The notes beneath the pieces are model-generated. The model saw nothing but the letters and a program-made list of their open reading frames with translations. It was not told where the DNA came from and searched no databases. The translations under genes and the position numbers were made by a program. Shown one piece after another: positions 52,837-64,000 of a stretch of DNA of 64,000 bases. The stretch's first letter is position 1; every line of letters starts with the position of its first letter. Source of the DNA: Octopus vulgaris. Lineage: Eukaryota. The stretch covers positions 94,736,001 to 94,800,000 of the forward strand of contig OX597822.1 of assembly GCA_951406725.2 (NCBI GenBank), read 5' to 3'.

Positions 52837-52941
52837 ATCATTGGATTTTTACTGGGGTATTACTTTATCCGGCGGGTTGAAGAATACCGAACATGGTATT
52901 GTGTTGGTGTAATCGGCTCCTCAAGTTCTGCTAATTCTTAA
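52837..52941 (+). CDS. TSPAN15: TSPAN15-like terminal coding exon (end of TM4, cytoplasmic tail)
   Basis: atttccag acceptor; IIGFLLGYYFIRRVEEYRTWYCVGVIGSSSSANS then TAA at 52939-52941. Confidence 0.88.
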   Translation: MIGFLLGYYFIRRVEEYRTWYCVGVIGSSSSANS

Positions 52942-53264
52942 GATCACCCCCACCTAAAGCTATCTGTGCTGGCCATTAACCATGCTCCTTGTCAGGCAAT
53001 CTCACCAAGCCCACCACTTCTGTGTTGTCTGTATGTCATAATCAACTGAAGACCAGCACAGAAAGAAACATGTTTTTTTAATTTGCGGGCTGGATGTAAA
53101 AAGGATACGGTGATGGATCGACAAAACATGTCAGATGGAAAAAAAAATAAAACTTCTTTTTTTTTTTCTTCAAAATGTTTATTTGTGGCTAAATTTGATG
53201 TGTGTGTCGTGTGTGTATACATATGTATATGTAAATAAATATATGTACGCACATATATATATAT

Positions 53265-53305
<41 letters not shown>

Positions 53306-53490
53306 GTACATATATATATTTATATGTCTGTGTGTATATATACGTATATATATATTTGTATATATACGTATATATATTTATATATATATATATACATATA
53401 TGTATGTATATGTACATGTATTTATTTACATATATATATTTATATATGTGTGTCTGTGCATGTGTGTGTATGTGCATGCATGTGTGTGTA

Positions 53491-53531
<41 letters not shown>

Positions 53532-54801
53532 ATGCACAAACACACACAAACACATTATAGGTGCTGAACTTCTGAGGACAGTTAAATAATTGTTCGAATG
53601 TTTCTCTTCGGACTTCAGCCTGATTTTATTAATTGTCTGACTTCGACAATTGTTTATGATAAAGTCTAAAAATAAAAATTTCAAAAATTAAAAAAAAAAA
53701 AAAACAAGAAAAGAAATGAAAAATATCAAACAAAAACAAAAAAAAAAGCAACAACAACAACAAAAAACAAACAAACAACAATGCCATTTTAAGGCAACTG
53801 TTTAATTCTGTTTTGTTATCATTTTTTCTGTCAACGAAAAATTTTTTTTCGGTTGTCTTCGAACTGATGCTTGTCAAAACAGTTTTAATTCTCAGATAAA
53901 TATAAATAGCCTTTCATTTTTATAATTACGCAGTGGTATATATTGCAGTGGCAAACAGTTACTAACTTGTTTAGTATGGCAAACCTATATTAAATCTCTG
54001 TGTGTGCGAGTGTGTGTGTGTGCACACACGCATGAAATGTGTGGTGTATGGTGTATATGTTTGTGTGTGAATGAGTGTATATGTGTGCATCCTTTACACC
54101 TTAATCAGTCTAAAGCTATAGACATGCTCTGTCGTTTAATATACTGCCTTGAACATGAAACTGTTAATGTTTATGTTTTTATGCCTGTCATCCATACAGC
54201 ACAACATTTCATTGTGTTGGAAAGATGATTATACACTCATTATAATGTTGATTATATATTGTCTCAATATCGAAGCTGAACATTACATATTTGTTGTTTT
54301 TTTTTTTTATTCATTCATTCATTTATTTATTTATTTATTTTCTATTTACATTATGGGAGCCAGTTTTTGGTTGAAATAATTCGACATTGCTATAGTAACA
54401 ATTATATTTATTATTACCATTATTATTTATAATAAAATAAGATTGGCAAGCTGGCAAAAATGTTAGCACACCTGGCAAAATGCTGTCTTTATGTTCTGAG
54501 TTCAAATTCTGCTGAGGTCGACTTTGCATTTCATCCTTTCGGGGTCGATAAAGTAAGTACCAGATGAGTTCTGGGGTCAATGTAATCAACTTATCCTGCC
54601 CCTTAAATTACTGGCCTTGTGCCAAAATTTGGAACCACTGTTATATTTAATGATATTAATCAGAGTGAACATTATGATGTGTGAACAATTTATATGTATA
54701 CATACATTCCTACATAAATGTATATATGTTGGTATGAATGTATGTATGTATACATACACATACAAATGTGTATGTGTATATATATATATATGATGATGAT
54801 G

Positions 54802-54836
<35 letters not shown>

Positions 54837-55266
54837 TTTTATATCTATAGAAATATATATACATACATATAATGTTTTCAACTTTGTAATATTGCCTCAT
54901 TTGTACTTATCCAATTTGTTATCTGAATAACACCTTTCTGTTACATCAAAAGGCATTGTTACCAGAGTTTATATTTGTGTTCCTATCCATACAACATTTC
55001 AGTAGGTCTGTTTTCTTGACAATATATTTCTGCATGGTAAGCCAGGCTGATTCAACTCAGCAACCTGTGTACATGTAACCCAGGGTTTTGATATTAGAAA
55101 CACTTATACAATAATACAAAGAGTTTAACATTGAATCTATCAAGGCACATATGATTATTGTGTCTAGGTGGATATAAGCTGCTTGAAGACAGATGATTTG
55201 TTCCTAATATTATCTTCAGATTCTATATTTTTTCTACATGTTCTCAGTTGAATCCTAATCTAAAGA

Positions 55267-55328
<62 letters not shown>

Positions 55329-56418
55329 TCATCGTTTAGCGTCCGCTTTCCATGCTTGCATGGGTTAGAGGGTTCGACTGGGGTCTGGGAAGCAAGGAGT
55401 CTGCACAAGGCTCCAGTCTGATCTGGCAGTGTTTCTACTTCTGGATGCCCTTTCTAATGCCAACCACTCTGTGAGTGTAGTGGGTGCTTTTTACGTGCCA
55501 GGGGAGGCTGGAAACGGCCACAATCGGTTGGTGCTTTTTACAGGCCACCAGCACGGAGGCCAGTCGAGGCAGCGCTGGCAACGGCCACGTTTGGATGGTT
55601 CTTTTACGTGCCACTGGTACTGGTATCACAACTACAATTTCCATTGATTTTTGATCGATTTATATATATATATATATATATATATGGAGAGAGGGAGATA
55701 TACACTTATGTACTGGATGTTTGGTGTTAGGAAGGGCATCCAGCCTTAAAAACCATGCCAAAACAGACACAGATGTCTCTTCTACCTGGCCAGCTCCTGT
55801 CAAACTGTCCAACCTATTCCTGCATGGAAGGTGGAGATTAAACGATGATGTATATTTGAATGAAGCAGTATTAGTTCAGAATAGCATTCTATATATCTTA
55901 CATAATGTGGATATACTGTAGAAAGCCACAAAACTGTAGTATTCATCTTGAGAAAGTGTCACATAATAACCATACAGTGCTAAAAGGCACGTAAGTTTAT
56001 CAGCAGCAGTAGTAGAATTGCTAAATCTAAGATTTTTGGATCTTCGCATGTCATAAATAGCAAGTATCTATCCACTATCAACTGCATACTTAAACAAATT
56101 CAACTGGCACTGACATACAAAAACAAGGATTAACAAGTTACTGGTGTTGCAAATAGCTGGCAAGCCAGGTAAAAATTTGTTATTAACAACAAAAGCTGTA
56201 TCAGCTGCAGAAAAGCATTTATATCTATAAACTGGTAATGCCCAAGTGATATATAGAATGAAATGCAGTGTAGATGGGAACATAAAGGAAGATGAGGTCA
56301 GAAGTCAAATATGCTAAATTGTTTAATTATTTCACCAGTGGTCAAAAGTGCAGCCTTGTAAATCCCAACTGAACTCCTTAGTCAACATTAAAATACTCCC
56401 TTATCATTCTGTTATTTC

Positions 56419-56450
<32 letters not shown>

Positions 56451-57132
56451 GTATTAGTATTAGTGTAAAAATCAAAGGGGAGGGTTTAGTGCTAACAGTA
56501 TTATTAGAGCATCAAACAAAATGCTTTGCAGTGTTTTCCTTATATCTCTTCGTGTTCTGAGTTCAAATCTCACTGGAGCTGATTTTAGCTTTCATCTTTT
56601 TAGGGTTGATGATATTGACGTAACCCACTTATTAAAATTGCTGGCCTCATGCCAAAATGTGAAACAATTATTATTATTATTATTATTATTAAGGCAGTGA
56701 GCTGGCAGAATTGTTAGCACACTGGGTGAAATGCTTAGCAGTATTTCACTCATTGCTACATTCTGAGTTCAGATTCCGGCAAGGTCAACTTTGCCTTTCA
56801 TCCTTTCGGGGTCGATAAAACAAGTACCAGTTGAATACTGGGGTTGATGTAATCGATTCATCCCCCCAAAATGGCTGCTGTTGTGGCAAAATTTGAAACC
56901 ATTATTATTAAGGCAGTGAGTTGGCTGAATTGTTAGCATACCAGGCAAAATGCTTAGCGGCATTTCATCCGCCCTTACATTCTGAGTTCAAATTTCCCCA
57001 GAGTTGATTTTGCCTTTCATCCTTTTGGGATCAATAAAATAAGTACCAGTTGAGTACTGGGGTTGATGCAATCGACTATCCCTCTCCCCAAAATTTCAGG
57101 CCTTATGCCTTTAGTAGAATAAATTATTATTA

Positions 57133-57167
<35 letters not shown>

Positions 57168-57560
57168 TTAATGAAAGTTCTGTTTTATTTCATTGTCTCA
57201 ACAAAACATTATTGATGTGTTGATATGAAATTTCAACATTATAATACCCTGTTCTATTAAAGAATAAAAAGAAAGAAAATAAAGCGATAAATATAATGTA
57301 ATAAATTCTGTTTAGCTTAATATTTTAGAATGCATTCATGTAAAATACTGAGTGGTATATATATGAAAAAAAGTTTGTGTATGTGTGTTGATGAATATAT
57401 CAGGTGAAAACTGAATACTAATTAGAATTGAAATGACTAGGTTTTTTTAATGTTTTTTATTTTAATAAACATACAGTTGTTAGCTTTTTTGTGAAAAGTA
57501 AGCAATGTGATTATACTGTAGGTTTTATTTCTCTGTTAACAGAAAACATGTGGAACGAAC

Positions 57561-57597
57561 CTGACTAGTTTCTAGTCTTATTAGCTCTTCATCAGAG
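57561..57597 (-). ncRNA. Degenerate hammerhead motif
   Basis: Minus strand ct-CTGATGA-agagctaataagacta-GAA-ACTAGT-C-ag; palindromic stem III and GUC site, weak stems I and II. Confidence 0.4.
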
Positions 57598-58876
57598 AAA
57601 GACTATCAGTATTTTGTCCACAGTAAGTTTTATGACTTATAGTTATTTATAGTGTGTACTGACTAAGACTCTGCTAAACTGAAATGTCTGATTTGCATAG
57701 TAGTGCATGCCCTGAAGAGTTGTATTCGTTCATGCATAGTGCGTTATACTGTATAGTGCTGCATAAATGAATTCACTAGAATTGGTTTTGCAAATCAAAT
57801 TTTAATAGTCCTGTTGGGTTTCCTCTATTACGATTAGTTCTAACAAGCCAAGTCAGTCATGCAGTTTCCATTTCTAGATGGGGGCCCATTTGTGCTTCTA
57901 ATGCACTTAAAAAAAACATAAGAAGCATCTTACAGTTCTCATTTGTCCTCCACATTTACTAATTTGAGGCCCTGTTTTTCTGTGGAGCATGAGATATTTA
58001 TATATATTATGTTATTTTAAACCTGACTAGATAAGATGAGTGACCAAATACATCCCATTGCTTGATTTAATAATAATAATGTTGACTTGATTCGAACCTG
58101 GATTGCTTATTCTAAATGGTTTCCTTTCTTTTTGATTGTTCATCTCAACACTCTGGTCTCTGTTCACTCCTTTTATGAATGAATATATAGATATGCTTAC
58201 ACATACACACACACATATATAAATGTGTGATATTAATGTAAATGTCGGAAACGGCAGTGAGTTAGCAGAATCATTAGCACACTGGGGGAATGCGTAGCAG
58301 CATTTCATCTATCTTCACGTTCTATGTTCAAATTCCAGCAAGGTCAACTTTGCCTTTCATCCTTGCGGGGGAGGAGGGGGTCGATAAAAATAAGTACCAG
58401 TTACCCCTCCCCTGAAATTGCTGGCCTTGTGCCAAAGTTTGAAATCAATATATATGTAGGAGAAAAGGGACTCAATACATACAGTATATATATATATGTA
58501 TATGTGTGTATGCATATGTATATATTCGAATTATGCAATAGGAGCAGCTCTAAATTAAAATATTTATCTATACGACACTTAACGTATTAAAAAAGTCAGA
58601 TACTGTAATGGTTGTCTCAAGAAAGATCCCTTTTAGATACAGTGTGTTAGAATATACTATATACTAATATACACAATATACTAGACTAAATGAAATTGTC
58701 TTGCAATTATCTAGTTCTGAAGTATATCATGGTTTATAGTGCACCACATCTACAAAGGAATCTTCAAGATAACCTCTGCTCCTTCTGACTTTTCAACACT
58801 ATACTATTATTTTATTTATTTCTTAAATAAATATTGTTTAACTCTATTTGCTTATTTATTTATTTAACTATTATCA

Positions 58877-58966
58877 TTAACCTGAAGATTGACTATAATT
58901 TTAAATTGAATTTAAACTTAATTGTAATTCGAATTTAATTGTAGCCATGAAACGTACGTAGTGTTT
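58877..58966 (+). ncRNA. Hammerhead motif with long AT-rich stem II
   Basis: CTGAAGA (58882)-tgactataatt...aattgtagcca-t-GAA-ACGTACGT-A-gtgttt; stem I is weak. Confidence 0.55.
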
Positions 58967-59119
58967 TTACTTATATTATAATATTGATCATTTATTTTAT
59001 ACTTTTTGAGATCTAGTTATAAGTTATATGTTTTATAAAAATATATATTATTTGTTATTTATGTATTGGTTTATGCCTATCACTGTTTGAGTTGCATAAT
59101 AGTGGTATTATCTCTAATC

Positions 59120-59162
<43 letters not shown>

Positions 59163-59856
59163 GTTAGTTCTCCATAAGTCAGACAAAAAAGTATACTAAG
59201 AAATAGAATGGTTATATTTTTATATCGTCAAGCAGTCAAACAGACTATTTCACTAGTGCAATAGTTGACATAAAACCGTCAGTAACATTCTGCCTAGTCT
59301 ATATGCCATAACCAGAAATATACTGTTTAACAATATAAAAATAAACAAATATATATATATGGGTGTTTATGCCATTTTGTGTTTGTGATAAGCATATGTA
59401 AACCTGTATGTATATTGTGTTATACAAATCAGTTTGCATCCATATGTGAAAAGAAAATCTTCATTTCAACGAAACCTTGTCACCAAAATCCATGCTGATA
59501 GTAGAGATTATTGGTATATTTCTGTAGATCTGCCTGAAGAGGAAAAGAAGGTGTGTGTGATATTATATGTATGTACACAAATTAAATTTCAGTGTAAATA
59601 CAGTAGGCCATTGCAAGCATTTTACCTTATCTACAGTAATAAAATAATATTGAGCCTCTATGTGTGTGTGTGCGTGTGATAAAAACAACAAATGTTTCTT
59701 TACTCAGAAATAATTCATATAATTTTCTTTAAATCCTGTTTTCATTCTAATTGAATTTATCTTTCAAACAATATCAAGAGGGAATATTTTAAAGTGTAGA
59801 ACTAATTTCCTTTTATCAGCTTTCTTGTCCGAGATGTTAGGAATTATTATTATAAA

Positions 59857-60706
59857 GATGGCAAGCTGGCAGAATTGTTAGCATGCCACGCAAAATGCTT
59901 AGTGGCATTTCATCTGTCGTTACATTCTGAGTTCAAATACTGCCGTGGTCAACTTCGCCTTTCATCCTTTCAGGGTTGATAAATGAAGTACCAGTTAGGT
60001 ACTGGGGTCAATGTAATTGACTTACCCCCTGCCCCAAAATTGCTGGCCTTGTGCCAAAATTTGAAATCATTATTATTACAGTGAGCTGACAGAATTGTTA
60101 GCACTCTAAACAAAATGCTTAGCAACTCTTATCCATCTTTACGTTTTGAATTTAAATTCTGTGAAGGTCAACTTTGCCTTTCATCTTTTGGGAGTTGATA
60201 AAATGACTACCAGTTAAATACTGGGGTTGATGTAATCAACTTCCCTTTCCCTTAAAATTCCAGTCCTTGTGCCTATAGTAGAAAGGATTATTATTATTCT
60301 GCCGGGGTCAGCTTTGCCTTTTATCCTTTCAGGGTTGATAATAGATTAAGTACCAGTTTTGCACTGGGGTCGATGTAATCGACTGGTCCCCCTCACACAA
60401 AATTCCAGGCCTTGTGCCTATAGTAGAAAGTATGATTACTACTACTACTACTACTAAAGCAGTGAGCTGGCAGAATCATTAGTACACTGACAAAATGCTT
60501 AGTGACATTGTGTCTGTCTTTGTGATCAGAGCTCAAATTCCACCTAGGTTGACTTTGCTTTTCATCCTTTCGGGGTCAATAAAATAAGTACCAGTTGATC
60601 ACTGGGGTTGATGTAACTGACTAGCCTAACTTCTTCCCCCCAAAAAATTTCAGGCCTTGTGCCTATAGCTGAAAGGACTGTGATTATTATTATTATTATT
60701 ATTATT
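59857..60706 (+). mobile_element. Four head-to-tail older SINEs (B-type head and core, different tail ending in (ATT)n)
   Basis: Repeated gagctggcagaat..gcctttcatcctt..agtaccagtt..ggccttgtgcc; similar run at 56690-57165. Confidence 0.8.
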
Positions 60707-61019
60707 TGTTTCAGCTAGATGTTCACTCTTCAAATGTACAAACATGTGTTAAAGGATGTATTCAAATAATATAACTTTACAGAAAGTTATGATTTCTTCT
60801 CCCTCAAACAAGGTATTTTGTATTTTATTCACTGTAACAGATTAATTTGGGGTTTAATAAACATCATATACACTTCTCTGAATTTCTTAATGTAATAGCT
60901 TATGACATATGTACATACATGCATGGAATATATGTACACATACACACATATTTATATAAACGTAGGTATATATATTTGTATGCATATATGTGTGTAAACA
61001 TTTATATACATATATGTGT

Positions 61020-61638
61020 GTATCTTTATATGTTATGTGTGTATGATTGCACACACATATACATACATATATACGTTATATACATGTATATATATACACA
61101 ATAGATTGTGCTTGTGTTTACAAGGCTGTGTGTATACATATGTGTGTGTGTGTGTATGTACATATATGTATATGTTATGTATGATTACACACACATATAC
61201 ATACATACATATATACGTTATATACATGTATATATATATACACAATAGATTGTGCTTGAGTTTACAAGGCTGTGTGTATACATATGTGTGTATGTATATA
61301 TGTGTATATGTTATGTATGATTACACACACATATACATACATACATATATACGTTATATACATGTATATATATATACACAATAGATTGTGCTTGAGTTTA
61401 CAAGGCTGTGTGTATACATATGTGTGTGTGTATGTATATATGTGTATATGTTATGTATGATTACACACACATATACATACATATATACGTTATATATATG
61501 TATATATATATACACAATAGATTGTGCTTGAGTTTACAAGGCTGTGTGTATACATATATGTGTGTGTGTGTGTATGTATATATATGTATATGTTATGTAT
61601 GATTACATATACATACATATATACGTTATATACATGTA
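61020..61638. repeat. Tandem repeat, 136-144 bp unit, ~4.5 copies
   Basis: aatagattgtgcttg core at 61100, 61244, 61380 and 61516. Confidence 0.9.
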
Positions 61639-64000
61639 CTATTATTTTTGAAACTATTACTTATTCTCTTTTCCCATCTCTTTCATTATCATTTACTGAC
61701 ATTTCCGTCCATTGTTTCACTTTAGATATCTCACTGTTTCCTAATAACAGATTCTTCTTCAAAACAATTGCAAAATGTTAGAATAAAATAGAATTAAGAG
61801 ATCAAAAATGAAAAAGAGTGAACATTTATCATTACCTTTTATTTTTACTTTCTCTTTTTAGGTCTCCTCTCTCTCTCTCTCTCTTCAGAAAGGCATTCTT
61901 TTATTTTTGATAATTAGATAGCATTTTTAATTAACTTTTATGTTTATCAAATATTGCTTACAGAAACATGGGCCCAGTTGACCAACCACTTCTATAAATG
62001 CCATGTTCTGTTAAAATGTTGTTGCTTACCAATCAATAGTGTGTAGAGTATCGATGCATTTATAGTGATATTTTTTAACCTTCAGAATCTGATGCCCACA
62101 AAAACTTTCTGTTCATTTCAACTTTTATGATCAATATACATATATATGTATTTATGTTTATATTCATGTGCTCTTTTCAACTAAGTTCTCTTGTTTTGGC
62201 TTCTGCCAAATAACTTGTCTTTTGTCTGTTTTATTGATTTCAAGTCAGCTGAAAAACTGTTTTTTTTAGTATTGTCTTTGAGGATTTTTTTCTTCATTTT
62301 TATATTTGTTATTGTTGATAATCATCATTGGTTTTTATGGAGATTAAATTTTTTTTTTTTATTCAAACTATACAGAGCACTGCATTTTATTCATTCTGTT
62401 CAACTAAATATATTAAGTTTTCCCACACGTAAGGTCAAAACAATGAAAACAAACAACTTATCTTTCAACCAATTTGCCTTCATCCAAGATTGCTTTCGAA
62501 GTAGATATTTTTCATAACTTTCCTTTTAAGTGTCATTTTATTATTATTTAGGAATAAATCTTGACTTCATACTAAACCATGACTATTATCCAGGGGTTTA
62601 AAGTTTGTTTGGACAGGTTTTATTTTTACCTTAGTGTATGTAATGACTCGACATATATAGGCAACAATATCATGTGTGTATGTTTATTGTGTTTGCGTGT
62701 AGGACTGAGAATAAGTATGTGTGTATGTAAATATTTATCTGCAAAAATATGTATTACTAGCCTGACATTTGTTGGCAACTATATTGTGTAAATGTATGCA
62801 TATGTAAATACGTACACTTATATAAAGAAGTAAGCCTTAATTTGAAATAAAATATATTATAGAGCAAAGATATATAAATATTTATAGCATTTCATATTCT
62901 CTATAAATCAATAGTTTTTCTTTTTCACAATGGTCATCTATTTTTGGTAATACTCATCTCTTTGTTTAAATAAGAAAACATGCAAAAAAAAAAAAAGAAC
63001 CCAATGAAATAAAATAATCTCTCCGAAAATAAATTAAATGGAGATCCTGTAGTTGTGAATGTTGTTAATGAGAATGCAGTCTTGCCTCTGGTTAGGTAGA
63101 TTTTAAATTTTAATGTTGAAATTGTTTGTAAATCAACCCTCAGAGTTCTAGGATACCATTCACTTTTCATAGGCGATATCTTGTTGAAGTTTCATGTTCA
63201 CATAAATAAATTTTATTCGAAACGTTAAGTGTTAACAAATGTAATGTTTTCACATATTCAGCCTCCCATCTGTGAGGAGAGAATGCTCACAATTGTTATG
63301 CTTATGAAGGGAAATTATCCATGACACAAGTTCAACTTAATTTGTTCCGTTTATTTTTTATTTGTTTTTGTTTGTTTTGATTTTGTGAAATCTTTCCTTG
63401 TGTAATTTTTGCCGAGATTTTTTTTTTTTTTTAATAAACACCATAACACTTTTCCCTTGACGATGTTTAACATAAATAAATAGTTCTATCTATAATCAAG
63501 CTCTGGCTTCTTTCTACACAGTCAGTTCTGTTTTTTGCCATTTGCTGTTGTCCCTAAAGTAGCAACAACTTTCTACTGGAATTACACCTTATTTGGTTTC
63601 ACTTTGTAAAGTGAAACCATTTATTCTGAAGATGAAAACCAAAACAAAACAAACAAAAAAAAAAAAACTAAAGAAAACATACTGTTTGTTGGGAAAAAAT
63701 AAAAAATAAAAAAATTCCCATAGTTTGCTTCGTTAGTAATGTTTTAAATATTGATGGCTTTAGGCTTAAGGCTTCATCTTTAAAACACCTGTAAAACTTG
63801 ATTTACAAATTAACTTATTTTCCATTCATCTTTGATATTAATTAAAATTTGATGAACTAAAATCAAAAGGAAAAGATTAATTATCTAAGTCTGCTGAAAC
63901 TTTTTTTTTTTAATTACTGATAATTCTCTTCAATGTTATATCAAAAACCAAAGTTATAATATCCAATGCATTTAATTTTTTTTTCTTTTTTAATTTTATG

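Noticed and set aside
52890-52902. Alternative donor (ATG|gtattg) giving another C-terminus
   Set aside because: Weak site and no downstream exon identified; the frame ends naturally at 52941.

Overview
AT-rich, microsatellite-dense animal DNA. The repeat families look like those of octopus/coleoid cephalopods (recognition from memory, not a search). The only host gene I can support is a + strand TspanC8 tetraspanin (TSPAN15-like): seven phase-0 coding exons from 17716 to 52941 joining into one open frame with eight large-loop cysteines. Its first coding exon was not found. The rest is intronic or intergenic: at least five SINE-like families, CR1 and RTE LINE 3' fragments, non-autonomous Helitron/Helentron, Tc1/mariner, hAT, piggyBac-like and Merlin-like MITEs, and a decayed Penelope-like element (PLE) with a GIY-YIG endonuclease. 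The most interesting signal is RNA-structural: about 8 type I hammerhead-ribozyme-like motifs from several families, long fold-back palindromes that appear centred on hammerhead stem II, telomere-repeat-carrying MITEs, exact 184-bp SINE concatemers, and a SINE with a variable CRISPR-looking internal hairpin array. Most of the supplied ORF track is microsatellite or repeat noise. Repeat boundaries are read by eye and approximate.
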